Origin: Mucisphaera calidilacus
GTDB taxonomy: Bacteria > Planctomycetota > Phycisphaerae > Phycisphaerales > Phycisphaeraceae
DNA length: 32,000 nucleotides
Direction of reading: 5' to 3'
NCBI RefSeq assembly: GCF_007748075.1
Contig: NZ_CP036280.1
Location: forward strand, 540,001-572,000
Part shown: positions 17,526-26,737 of the stretch, one piece after another
Layout of the letters: every line of letters starts with the position of its first letter
Numbering within the stretch: position 1 is the first letter of the stretch
The notes under the pieces: generated by a model
Told to the model about the DNA's origin: nothing
Database searches by the model: none
What the model saw: only the letters and a program-made list of their open reading frames with translations
Translations under genes and position numbers: made by a program

Positions 17526-19118
17526 ATGAAAACACCCCACACCCTGGCACTGATCCTCATCGGTCTGCTCACCGCGCTGCCGGTGCTGGCGCAGGATGAA
17601 CCGGCCACCGCCAACGATACGCAGGTCACCGCCCCCGCCCCGGCTCCCGAAGAAGCGGCGGCGGAAACCCCCGAGTCTGCTCAAGAGACAGAGGCCGAAG
17701 CCGCCCCGGCAGAGCCGGCCGAAGCGCCTGCGGACACCGCTGCTCAGGCCGCGCCCGAGGCCCCGGCACCGACCTTCGCGGACGTCTCCAGGACGGTCAA
17801 GGATCAACTCGACACCGCCGTCGAAGAGCTGAACGAGCTGCGGGCACGGATCGCGGCGGAGCAGATCCCGCTCAACAGCAAGCTCAGTCAGCTCGAGTCG
17901 CAGCTGATTGACGCCCGCCAGGAGCTGCAGGCGGCGACGCGCCGGCTCGACAGCCGCAACCTCGAGCTGGCGAACCTGCGCAAGTCGATCACGTCCCGCA
18001 AGGACGAGGCTCGCTACCTCTCGAATCTCTTGTCGGAGTACCTGCGCAACCTCGAGCCACGCGTGCACATCGCCGAGCTCCAGCGCTACGAGGAGCAGAT
18101 CGAGGCGGCCCGCCTCGCGCCCGAGAACACCAACCTGACCGAGCAGGAACGCTTCAACGTTCAGCTGGGTATGGTCAGGACCTCGATCGAACGCCTGTTC
18201 GACCTGCAGGGCGGCGCGAGTTACGAGGGGTACGCCGCCGACGAGCAGGGCAACATCCACGAGGGCACCTTCGTGGCGGTCGGTCCCGAGGTGGTCTTCA
18301 GCTCGAAGGACGGCAAGGTGGTCGGCACCGTCGACGCCCGCCTGAACTCGGCGGAGCCCACGGTCACGCCCTTCAGCGACGAAGAAGACACCCGTTTGAC
18401 GGCACAGGTTGTCGCTCAGAGCGAGGGCATGCTGCCCTTCGACCCGACGCTCGGCAACGCGCACGTGATCGAGGCGACGCAGGACACCTTCATCGAGCAC
18501 GTCCAGAAGGGCGGCCCGGTCATGATCCCCATCTTCCTGCTGGCGGGCCTGTCGCTGCTGATCGCCGTCTTCAAGTGGCTCGGCCTCGCAGCGATCACCA
18601 ACCCGTCGCGCAAGCGGATGCAGGCGCTGCTGACTGCCGTCGAGAAGCGCGACAAGCCCGGCGCGATCGCCGCGGCCAAGAAGATCGGCGGGCCCGCTGG
18701 CGAGATGCTGACCATCGGCGTCGAGCACCTCGGCGAGGCACGCGAACTCATCGAAGAGCTCATGTACGAGAAGGTGCTCTCCTCGACGCTCCGCCTGCAA
18801 CGCTACCTGCCCTTCATCTCGATCTGCGCTGCCGCGGCGCCGCTGCTCGGCCTGCTCGGCACCGTCACCGGCATCATCAACACCTTCGAGATGATCACCA
18901 TCTTCGGCACCGGTGACGCGGAAACCCTCTCGGGCGGCATCTCCGAGGCGCTGATCACCACGAAATTCGGACTCATCGTCGCCATCCCCTCTTTGTTGCT
19001 CTACGCCTACCTCTCCCGCAAGGCGCGTGGCATCATCGACGGCATGGGGCAGGCCGGCGTCGCGCTCATGAACCAGATCGGCAAGACGCCTTACACCGAG
19101 AAGAAGGAGGCCGCCTGA
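17526..19118 (+). CDS. Long MotA/TolQ/ExbB-family proton-channel protein with a large N-terminal periplasmic coiled-coil domain (TtpC-like)
   Basis: AAAGGA (17515-17520) lies 5 nt before ATG 17526; the track's GTG at 17505 overlaps the upstream stop. It has a signal/TM segment MKTPHTLALILIGLLTALPVLA, an Ala/Pro/Glu-rich linker and a coiled coil. The C-terminal three-TM module carries the family signature AAAPLLGLLGTVTGIINTF...GGISEALITTKFGLIVAIP. Confidence 0.85.
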   Translation: MKTPHTLALILIGLLTALPVLAQDEPATANDTQVTAPAPAPEEAAAETPESAQETEAEAAPAEPAEAPADTAAQAAPEAPAPTFADVSRTVKDQLDTAVEELNELRARIAAEQIPLNSKLSQLESQLIDARQELQAATRRLDSRNLELANLRKSITSRKDEARYLSNLLSEYLRNLEPRVHIAELQRYEEQIEAARLAPENTNLTEQERFNVQLGMVRTSIERLFDLQGGASYEGYAADEQGNIHEGTFVAVGPEVVFSSKDGKVVGTVDARLNSAEPTVTPFSDEEDTRLTAQVVAQSEGMLPFDPTLGNAHVIEATQDTFIEHVQKGGPVMIPIFLLAGLSLLIAVFKWLGLAAITNPSRKRMQALLTAVEKRDKPGAIAAAKKIGGPAGEMLTIGVEHLGEARELIEELMYEKVLSSTLRLQRYLPFISICAAAAPLLGLLGTVTGIINTFEMITIFGTGDAETLSGGISEALITTKFGLIVAIPSLLLYAYLSRKARGIIDGMGQAGVALMNQIGKTPYTEKKEAA

Positions 19119-19134
19119 TACAGGCGCGACGCGT

Positions 19135-19791
19135 GTGATCACCCTCAGCCAGCTCCAACCCCAACTCCAGACCTTCTGGACCGACGCCACCCAGATCTGG
19201 CTGGCCGGCGGCTGGGCCATGATCGCGATCGCGGTCGTGGCGATGGTGCTCTTCGCCGTGGGCATGCACATCTACCTCCGGCTCAAGACGCGCAACGTGG
19301 GCTACGTCAAGGAGTCGACCTGGCGCACCTGGATCGACAAGCCCGACGAACGCTACGGGCTCATCGGCGAGCACCTCGACTTCGTCAGCGGCATCACGAC
19401 GCTCGAGGGCATGACCCAGGCCTTCGACGAGCTGCGCACCAAGGAGATCACGCCCTACAAGCGCGACCTGCGCGTCATGCGGATCTGCGTCTCGGCGGCG
19501 CCGCTGCTCGGCCTGCTCGGCACCGTCACCGGCATGCTCAACACCTTTGGCGCACTCGCATCGGGCTCCGGCGCCGACGCGACCATCGACCTGGTGGCCG
19601 GCGGCATCTCCGAGGCCCTCATCACCACCGAGACCGGACTCGTGATCGCCATCCCGGGTCTCTTCTTCCAGTACCACCTCAGCCACATGATCGAACGCTA
19701 CCAGGCGTTCCTGGCCCATATGGAGACCGCCTGCATGCAGCGGCTCTACCGCAAGCTTTCCTCGAAAACGGAGACCAGGCCCGCCGCATAA
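19135..19791 (+). CDS. exbB: MotA/TolQ/ExbB proton-channel protein (ExbB)
   Basis: GTG start. Three TM segments carry the signature SAAPLLGLLGTVTGMLNTF...GGISEALITTETGLVIAIPGLFF. It lies directly upstream of two ExbD genes and TonB. Confidence 0.85.
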   Translation: MITLSQLQPQLQTFWTDATQIWLAGGWAMIAIAVVAMVLFAVGMHIYLRLKTRNVGYVKESTWRTWIDKPDERYGLIGEHLDFVSGITTLEGMTQAFDELRTKEITPYKRDLRVMRICVSAAPLLGLLGTVTGMLNTFGALASGSGADATIDLVAGGISEALITTETGLVIAIPGLFFQYHLSHMIERYQAFLAHMETACMQRLYRKLSSKTETRPAA

Positions 19792-19814
19792 CCTGCGACG
19801 GAAACGAACAGACC

Positions 19815-20222
19815 ATGGGACGCTTTACGGACTACCAATCCGGCGACGACGGGGAAACGAAGGTCGATATCTCGCCGCTGATCGACTGCGTGTTCATCCT
19901 GCTGATCTTCTTCATCGTGACGACGAGCTTCGTGCAGGAGACCGGCATCGAGGTGGACAAGCCCCAGCCGAGTAGCCAGCCGACCAACGACGAGAAGACG
20001 ACCATCGTCCTGCGCCTCGACGAGTCCGGACGCGTCTTCTACGAGGGCCGGGACATCGGGATCGCCGGCGTGCAGTCAGAAGTCAAACGCGTGCTCCAGT
20101 CCGAGGAGGCACCGGTGATCGTCCAGGCGTCGTTCAAGGCGCCGGTCGGGTCGCTGGTCCGCGTCATGGACGAGGCACGGATCGCCGGCGCGACCAGGGT
20201 CAGCCTGGCCCAGACACAGTGA
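19815..20222 (+). CDS. exbD: ExbD/TolR-family biopolymer transport protein, paralog 1
   Basis: 135 aa. The N-terminal TM segment DISPLIDCVFILLIFFIV contains the conserved membrane Asp, and a periplasmic domain follows. The size and layout are typical of ExbD. Confidence 0.85.
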   Translation: MGRFTDYQSGDDGETKVDISPLIDCVFILLIFFIVTTSFVQETGIEVDKPQPSSQPTNDEKTTIVLRLDESGRVFYEGRDIGIAGVQSEVKRVLQSEEAPVIVQASFKAPVGSLVRVMDEARIAGATRVSLAQTQ

Positions 20223-20240
20223 GGCAGGATCAGGAGCACC

Positions 20241-20654
20241 ATGAGCCGTTTTGAACGCCTACGCGAGGTCGAAGACAGCCCCGACATCGACATGTCGCCG
20301 ATGATCGACTGCGTCTTCATCATGCTCATCTTCTTCATCGTCGCCACCACCTTCATCGAGGAGTCGGGCGTCGACGTCGAGAAGCCACGCGCCGCGACGC
20401 AGGCCAACCTCGAACGCGAGAGCATCTACATCGCCCTGACCGCCGAGGGCGAGGTCGTCTACGCCGGCAAGCAGATCGGCATCACCGGCGTACGGGCCCT
20501 GGTTAGCCGCATGGTCGAAAAAGACCCCGGCATGCCCGTCGTCATCGAGGCCGACCTCGGGGCGGAGTCCGGTAAACTCATCAAGATCATCGACGAGGCC
20601 AAGCTCGCCGGCGCGACCAAGGTCAGCATGGCGACCAAGCTCTCCCAGAACTGA
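20241..20654 (+). CDS. exbD: ExbD/TolR-family biopolymer transport protein, paralog 2
   Basis: 137 aa. It has DMSPMIDCVFIMLIFFIV with the conserved Asp. It is collinear with paralog 1, for example IAGVQSEVKRV vs ITGVRALVSRM and ARIAGATRVSLA vs AKLAGATKVSMA. Confidence 0.85.
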   Translation: MSRFERLREVEDSPDIDMSPMIDCVFIMLIFFIVATTFIEESGVDVEKPRAATQANLERESIYIALTAEGEVVYAGKQIGITGVRALVSRMVEKDPGMPVVIEADLGAESGKLIKIIDEAKLAGATKVSMATKLSQN

Positions 20655-20658
20655 CACC

Positions 20659-21318
20659 ATGACGAGGAAGCGAACAACCCGACAGGTTCACCCGCTGCTG
20701 CACCACGCCGCCGTGCTGGTCTCCGCGGCCCTGTTCACACTCGGCCTGTTCCTCGTGCTCCCCGTGATGCAGTCGATCGCCAAGCAGCCGCCGCCCGACA
20801 CCCGGCTCCAGGGCGCCAACGTCGCCGACGTCCCGCCGCCGCCGCCGCCGCCCGAGGAAGAGCCTCCCGAGGAAGAGCCCGAGGAAGAACCCCCCCAGTT
20901 CGAGGAGGCGCCGCCTCTCGACCTCAGCCAGCTCGAGGTCGCGCTCAACCCGGGCGGAGCCGGACTCTGGTCGGGTGATGCCTTCGCCCCGAAGATCAAC
21001 ACCCGCGAGCTCATGGGTGGCGTCGACGACATCCTCGCCAGCATGGGCGACCTCGATTCGAGGCCCCGCGTGGTCTACCAGCCCGGGCCGATGCTCGACG
21101 CCAAGCTGCGCAAGCTCGCGCCGGCGACGGTCTACGTCATCTTCATTGTCGACACGAACGGCCGCGTCGAGAACGCCCAGGTACAGAATCCCCTGCACCC
21201 GTCGCTGAACAAGGCGGCGCTCAACGCCGTCAAGCAATGGAAGTTCGAACCCGGCATGAAGAGCGGGGAGCCGGTCCGCTTCCGCATGAGAGTTCCCATC
21301 ACGTTCCCGGAAGGGTGA
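20659..21318 (+). CDS. tonB: TonB-family energy transducer
   Basis: N-terminal TM anchor AAVLVSAALFTLGLFLVLPV. The Pro/Glu-rich rigid linker is PPPPPPPEEEPPEEEPEEEPP. The C-terminal TonB domain is VYVIFIVDTNGRVENAQVQNPLHPSLNKAALNAVKQWKFEPGMKSGEPVRFRMRVPITF. Confidence 0.88.
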   Translation: MTRKRTTRQVHPLLHHAAVLVSAALFTLGLFLVLPVMQSIAKQPPPDTRLQGANVADVPPPPPPPEEEPPEEEPEEEPPQFEEAPPLDLSQLEVALNPGGAGLWSGDAFAPKINTRELMGGVDDILASMGDLDSRPRVVYQPGPMLDAKLRKLAPATVYVIFIVDTNGRVENAQVQNPLHPSLNKAALNAVKQWKFEPGMKSGEPVRFRMRVPITFPEG

Positions 21319-21324
21319 TCCGTC

Positions 21325-22866
21325 ATGATCTCACGACTCGCACTCCTGAGCCTGATCTGCCTTGGCACCGCCGGCTGCGCCGCGCTCAACGCCAGGAACG
21401 CGGCCGCCGAGGAGGAGCCCATCGTCGCGACCGCGCCGGCCGAGGGTGACACGCGCGGCGCCGACCTCAGCATCTGGGACGACAGCCGCTTCAAGGACCA
21501 GTTCACCGACTCCTACGTCGCCGACACCGAGATCGAGCCACGCGTCACGACCATCGAACGCGACGTGATGCTCAGCGTCATCGAGCTGCTGCGCGAGGCG
21601 GGCGACCTCGAGGGCGAGGCACGACTGACCAAGCAGGCCGAGGCCATCGAGGTCATCGAGGAGGAGAACAGCGAGACCGGCACCGCCGTCTTCGACTTCA
21701 CGCTCGGCAACATCTACTTCGAACAGGAAAAACTGCCCGAGGCCGAGGTGGCCTACCGCGAGGCGATCGAGAAGCACCGCAAGTTCCGCAGGGCCTGGCG
21801 CTCACTCGGCATGCTCTACATCCGGCAGAGCAACTGGGAGCAGGCGATCGAGGCGATGACCAAGGTCATCGAGCTCGGCGGCGGCGACGGGATCACCTAC
21901 GGGCTCATGGGCTTCGCCTACTCCTCCATCAACAACCCGCTCTCCGCCGAGTCGGCCTACCGACAGGCGATCCTGCTCGAGCCGGGCCGTCTCGACTGGA
22001 AGATGGGCCTGGTGCGCAGCTTCTTCCGCCAGCAACGCTTCGCCGACGTCGTCGCGCTCTCGAACGAGATGATCGAGAAGGACACGTCGAACGCCGACCT
22101 CTGGCTGCTCCAGGCCAACGCCTACCTGCAGCTCAACCAGCCGATGGACGCCGCCGAGAACTACGAGTTCGTCGACCGCCTCGGCAAGAGCACGCCCGAG
22201 ACGCTCAACATGCTCGGCGACATCTACCTCAACCAGGAGTTCTACGACCTCGCCGTCGCCAGCTACATCAGGTCGCTGGAGCACGAGGAGGCCAAGGATC
22301 CCAGCCGCGCCGTGCAGGCCGCCCGCGTCCTCACCGCCCGCGCCGAGCTCGAGCTGACGGCCCAACTCGTCGCGGTCATCAAGGCCAACTTCGAGGAGGA
22401 ACTCTCGGTCGACGACCGCAAGGCCATCCTCCGCATGGAGGCCCGCTTCGCACTCGCCGAGGGCGCGACCGACCGCGAGGCCGAGATCATCCGCGAGATC
22501 GTGGAACTCGATCCACTCGACGGCGAAGCCCTCATCCTGCTCGGGCAGCACGAGGCCAGCAAGGTCCGTGATCAGCAGGCCGCGGTGCAGGCGGTGAAGG
22601 CGTCCGATAACCCCGACCCCGCCGACGTCGAGGCCGCCGACGCGGCCCTGGCCGAACAGGTGGCCAAGGCGGTCTTTTACTTCGAGCGGGCCGCCGCAAT
22701 CGAGGGTTTTGAGGCCGACGCGAGCGTTCGCCAGGCCCAGTTGATGGTCCGCCTCGGGCAGTACGAGAAGGCGCTGCCCCTGCTCCGCCGAGCCCAGCAG
22801 ATCAAGCCCCGCGAGAACGTCCAGCAGTATCTGCAGCAGGTCGAGCGTATCGCTCGATCTGGATAA
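21325..22866 (+). CDS. TPR-repeat protein, probable lipoprotein (TtpD-like; alternatively a secretin-associated factor)
   Basis: The N-terminus MISRLALLSLICLGTAGC|A is lipobox-like. Multiple TPR-type repeats are readable, including LGNIYFEQEKLPEAEVAYREAIE, WRSLGMLYIRQSNWEQAIEAMTKVIEL, MGFAYSSINNPLSAESAYRQAILLEP and LGDIYLNQEFYDLAVASYIRSLE. It sits between tonB (6-nt gap) and gspD (41-nt gap). Confidence 0.75.
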   Translation: MISRLALLSLICLGTAGCAALNARNAAAEEEPIVATAPAEGDTRGADLSIWDDSRFKDQFTDSYVADTEIEPRVTTIERDVMLSVIELLREAGDLEGEARLTKQAEAIEVIEEENSETGTAVFDFTLGNIYFEQEKLPEAEVAYREAIEKHRKFRRAWRSLGMLYIRQSNWEQAIEAMTKVIELGGGDGITYGLMGFAYSSINNPLSAESAYRQAILLEPGRLDWKMGLVRSFFRQQRFADVVALSNEMIEKDTSNADLWLLQANAYLQLNQPMDAAENYEFVDRLGKSTPETLNMLGDIYLNQEFYDLAVASYIRSLEHEEAKDPSRAVQAARVLTARAELELTAQLVAVIKANFEEELSVDDRKAILRMEARFALAEGATDREAEIIREIVELDPLDGEALILLGQHEASKVRDQQAAVQAVKASDNPDPADVEAADAALAEQVAKAVFYFERAAAIEGFEADASVRQAQLMVRLGQYEKALPLLRRAQQIKPRENVQQYLQQVERIARSG

Positions 22867-22907
22867 GACGCTGTTGCCCCTTTGATGCGCGTAATCGGAG
22901 TTGCCTG

Positions 22908-25139
22908 ATGAACGTTCGGATCCGCCTGCCTCTGGTCATGGGGATCGTCGTTCTGCTCATCGCCGCGGCGCCGCTCTCGGCGCAGAACCGCGACGACGAG
23001 ATGCCCGACACGCGGATGGTCACGCTCAACTTCCCGGGGACCGTCGACCTCAAGGTGCTCATCGACTACGTCAGCAAACGCGAGGGCATCAACTTCATCT
23101 ACGACCAGAACACGGTCCGGCGCGAGGTCACCATCAACGCCCCCGAGCCGATCCCCGCCTCGTCCCTGATGACGCTCCTCGAGAGCGTCCTGCGCATGAA
23201 CAACCTCGCTCTGGTCGAGTCCGATATCCCCAACACCATCCGGATCGAGGCCAACAGGCCGCTGCGGAACATATCCGTGCTCCCCGACGACGGCCAGCCC
23301 CGGGCAACACAGGCCGTCACACGCGTCTTCACGCTCGATCACGCGACGGCCCAGACCGTCGTGCAGAGCATCAAGCCGTTTCTCTCCGCGACCCAGGCCG
23401 ACATCACGCCGATCCCCGAGAGCGACCTGCTGATCGTGACCGACTTCGCCAGCAACATGGACCGCCTCGAACGCCTGATCTTCCTGATCGATCAGCCCCA
23501 GCGGCAGGGCGTGATCGAGTTCGTCGACATCGAGCACGTCAAGGCTCGCGATCTTGCCGACTCCGCCAGCAAGCTGCTCTCGGGACTCCGCGGGCCGGTC
23601 ACACAGGGCGTCCCGCGCCCGGTGACCCTCCAGGCCGACGAACCGACCAACCGCATCGCCGTCGTGGGCGAGATCGATCAGGTCAAACGTGCCGTCGAGC
23701 TCATCCGGTCGATGGACCGCTCCCGGCAGCTCGAGACGAAGGTCTACGCCCTCGTCAACGTCTCGCCCGACCGCATCGACACCCTGATGACCGAGCTCCT
23801 CGACGAGGTGGCCAGCATCAACTACCGCGCGGTGATCGACAGCGACGCCAACGCCCTGATCGTCACCGCCACCAACGCCATTCACGAGCAGATCGAGAGC
23901 CTGCGCCAATCGCTCGATATCTCGCGGCCCGATCAGCAGAGCCCCATCCGCTTCTACACCCTGCAGAACGCCAGCGTGAAAGAAGTCCTCGACACGCTGA
24001 CCAACATCGAGGGCAACAACGCCGGCAGCGCCATCTCCATCGACGGCGTCTCGACCGCCGAGACCACACGCGCCGCATCGGAGTTCGCGAGCGTCTCCGG
24101 ACCAACCGAGGAAGAGGTCAACCGACGCCCGGCCGCGAACGACAGCTCGGGTCTCTCAGGCATCGCCATCGCCGACGAAGAACTCGGCCTCGACAAGGTG
24201 CGCATCCTCGGCCACGAGGAGACCAACACCATCATCGTCATCGCACGACCCGCCATGCACGAGGTCTACGAGCGACTGATCAAGCGGCTCGACATCCGCC
24301 AGCCCCAGGTCCTGCTCGAGGCGACCGTGGTGGCCATCGACACCACCGACGGCTTCCAGCTCGGCGTCGAGATTCTCGTCGACGGCGGCATCGGCGACGA
24401 GGGTCGCTCCCTGACCTTCAGCTCCTTCGGTTTGTCTCAGGACGTCGACGCTGCGAACCCGGCCCTCGTCCTCGAGCCGGGCGTGGGCTTCAACGGCGCG
24501 GTCCTCAGCCCCAACGTCGCCGACGTCGTCGTGCGCGCCCTCCAGTCCGACGACCACGTCAAGGTCGTCTCGCGACCGACGCTCCTGGTCACCAACAACG
24601 AGAACGGCGAACTCGTCAGCCTCAGCCAGGAACCCTTCTCCAGCGTCAACGCCTCCAGCACCGTCTCCACCACCAGCTTCGGCGGCTACTCCGACGCAGG
24701 AACCACCATCCGCGTCACGCCGCAGATCAGTGAGGGCGACCAGATCAAGCTCAGCTACGGCGTCGAACTCAGCAGCTTCACGGTCGCCGCCGAGACGGAC
24801 ACCGACAGCGACGAACTTCCGCCCGCCAAGCAGACCAACTCGCTCAACAGCGTCGCGCTCCTGCCCGACGGCTACACCATGATCGTCGGCGGGCTCACCC
24901 GCGACACCACCCGCGAGGAGATCGACAGCATCCCGCTCCTCGGCGACATCCCGGGCCTCAAGTACTTCTTCTCCAACCGCGTCATCACCAAGCAGCAGAG
25001 CACCCTCTTTGTCTTCATCAAGGCGGTGATCCTCCGCGACGACAAGTTCGAGTACCTCAAGTACCTCTCCGGCCAGTCCGCCGCACAGGCGGGCATCTCC
25101 CTCGGCTACCCCGAGAGCGAACCGGTCATCATCCCCTGA
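22908..25139 (+). CDS. gspD: Type II secretion system secretin GspD
   Basis: Signal peptide ...LLIAAAPLSA|QN. The N0-like start is VTLNFPGTVDLKVLIDYVSKREGINFIYD, followed by repeated N-domains. The C-terminal secretin core reads RQPQVLLEATVVAIDT...KVVSRPTLLVTNNENGEL...IPLLGDIPGLKYFFSN...TLFVFIKAVIL. Confidence 0.9.
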   Translation: MNVRIRLPLVMGIVVLLIAAAPLSAQNRDDEMPDTRMVTLNFPGTVDLKVLIDYVSKREGINFIYDQNTVRREVTINAPEPIPASSLMTLLESVLRMNNLALVESDIPNTIRIEANRPLRNISVLPDDGQPRATQAVTRVFTLDHATAQTVVQSIKPFLSATQADITPIPESDLLIVTDFASNMDRLERLIFLIDQPQRQGVIEFVDIEHVKARDLADSASKLLSGLRGPVTQGVPRPVTLQADEPTNRIAVVGEIDQVKRAVELIRSMDRSRQLETKVYALVNVSPDRIDTLMTELLDEVASINYRAVIDSDANALIVTATNAIHEQIESLRQSLDISRPDQQSPIRFYTLQNASVKEVLDTLTNIEGNNAGSAISIDGVSTAETTRAASEFASVSGPTEEEVNRRPAANDSSGLSGIAIADEELGLDKVRILGHEETNTIIVIARPAMHEVYERLIKRLDIRQPQVLLEATVVAIDTTDGFQLGVEILVDGGIGDEGRSLTFSSFGLSQDVDAANPALVLEPGVGFNGAVLSPNVADVVVRALQSDDHVKVVSRPTLLVTNNENGELVSLSQEPFSSVNASSTVSTTSFGGYSDAGTTIRVTPQISEGDQIKLSYGVELSSFTVAAETDTDSDELPPAKQTNSLNSVALLPDGYTMIVGGLTRDTTREEIDSIPLLGDIPGLKYFFSNRVITKQQSTLFVFIKAVILRDDKFEYLKYLSGQSAAQAGISLGYPESEPVIIP

Positions 25140-25153
25140 CACGGAGGCGGATC

Positions 25154-26737
25154 GTGGATCAACCTCCCGAGACCGACAACCAGGCGGTGGCCAACGGCGA
25201 GGCACAGGCTGACACCCTGACCGATCTCTCCCGACGGCAGCCCTCCGCGCAGTTCCTCAAATCCATCCCGATCGGATTCGCCCGTGCCAAGGCCGTGCTC
25301 GGCCTCGCCGTCGACGACCCCGGCGTCGTCCAGCTCGCCATGGTCAACCCCGACGACCGCCAGACCCGCGACGTCCTCCGACGCACGCTCCGCTGCCGCT
25401 TCGACGTCCTGCCCGTCGACGAGGACCAGATCACCATCGCCATCAATCAGGCCTACGGCCAGCAGTCAGGCGTCGCCCAGGAGTTCGTCGAACGACTCGA
25501 CCGCACCGAGGTCATCGAGGAGGTCAACGAACTCGGCAAACGCGAAGACCTGCTCAACGTCGCCGACCGCTCGCCCGTCATCAAGCTCGTCAACCTTGTG
25601 CTCTTCGAGGCCGTCCAGCAGGAAGCCTCCGACATCCACATCCAGCCCTACGAGGATCGCCTGATCGTCCGCATGCGCATCGACGGCGTGCTGTTCGACT
25701 CCTTCGACCTGCCGCGCGGCGTCCAGGACGAGGTCGTCAGCCGCATCAAGGTCATGGCACGGATGAACATCGCCGAGAAACGGCTGCCTCAGGACGGACG
25801 CGCCACCGTGCAGGTCGGCGACCGCGTCATCGACCTCCGCGTCTCCAGCGTCCCGGCCAGCCACGGCGAACGCGTCGTCATCCGACTCCTCGACAAGAGC
25901 ATCCGGCTCTACACCCTCGGCGAACTTGGCATGACCGCCGGCGCACTCGAGATGTTCCGCAGGCTCATCGGCGTCGAGCACGGACTCGTCCTCGTCACCG
26001 GACCCACCGGCTCCGGCAAGTCGACGACCCTCTACGCGGCACTCGGCGAGATCAACTCCACCGAACGCAACATCATCACCCTCGAAGATCCCATCGAGTA
26101 CCAGCTCGAAGGCATCAGCCAGATCCAGATCTCGGACAAGAAGGGCATGACCTTCGCCAGCGGGCTCAAGAGCGTCCTCCGCCAGGACCCCGACATCGTC
26201 ATGATCGGCGAGATCCGCGACCACGAGACCGCCGTCATGGCCATCCAGGCCTCCCTCACCGGTCACCTCGTCTTCAGCACGCTCCACACCAACGACGCAG
26301 CCAGCGCCGTCACCCGACTCCTCGACCTCGGCATCGAACCCTATCTCGTGAGCAGCTCGCTCGTGGGCGTCCTCGCCCAACGCCTCGTGCGTCGCGTCTG
26401 CCCGCAGTGCTCCGAGCCCCACGAGCCCTCCGACGCCGAACTCAGCGCCCTGCGCTTCGAGCCCGACGAACAGCAACGCGCCCGCTTCCGCAAGGGTGCC
26501 GGCTGCGACGCCTGCCGCGGCACCGGTTACCACGGACGCGCGGGCTGTTTTGAGCTGCTGACCGTCAACGACGAGATACGCAAGCTCGTCCAGGGCCACG
26601 AGTCCGCCTCCGCCATCAACGACGCCGCTATCCGCGCCGGCATGCGCACGCTGACCGACGACGGACTCGGCAAGGTCGCCGACGGACAGACCACGCTCAG
26701 CGAGGTCATGCGCGTCGCCATGAGAGCCGGTTTCTGA
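25154..26737 (+). CDS. gspE: Type II secretion ATPase GspE
   Basis: GTG start. It has an N-terminal GspE_N-like domain, Walker A GPTGSGKSTT, an Asp box ITLEDPIEY, Walker B DIVMIGEIRD and a His box. The tetracysteine motif is CPQC...CDAC.GTGYHGR. Confidence 0.92.
   Translation: MDQPPETDNQAVANGEAQADTLTDLSRRQPSAQFLKSIPIGFARAKAVLGLAVDDPGVVQLAMVNPDDRQTRDVLRRTLRCRFDVLPVDEDQITIAINQAYGQQSGVAQEFVERLDRTEVIEEVNELGKREDLLNVADRSPVIKLVNLVLFEAVQQEASDIHIQPYEDRLIVRMRIDGVLFDSFDLPRGVQDEVVSRIKVMARMNIAEKRLPQDGRATVQVGDRVIDLRVSSVPASHGERVVIRLLDKSIRLYTLGELGMTAGALEMFRRLIGVEHGLVLVTGPTGSGKSTTLYAALGEINSTERNIITLEDPIEYQLEGISQIQISDKKGMTFASGLKSVLRQDPDIVMIGEIRDHETAVMAIQASLTGHLVFSTLHTNDAASAVTRLLDLGIEPYLVSSSLVGVLAQRLVRRVCPQCSEPHEPSDAELSALRFEPDEQQRARFRKGAGCDACRGTGYHGRAGCFELLTVNDEIRKLVQGHESASAINDAAIRAGMRTLTDDGLGKVADGQTTLSEVMRVAMRAGF

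Noticed and set aside
20834-20897. Tandem CCG and GAGGAAGA(G/A)CC nucleotide repeats
   Set aside because: They encode the Pro/Glu-rich rigid linker of TonB (PPPPPPPEEEPPEEEPEEEPP), an expected feature of the protein rather than a regulatory or slippage element. Length polymorphism is still possible.
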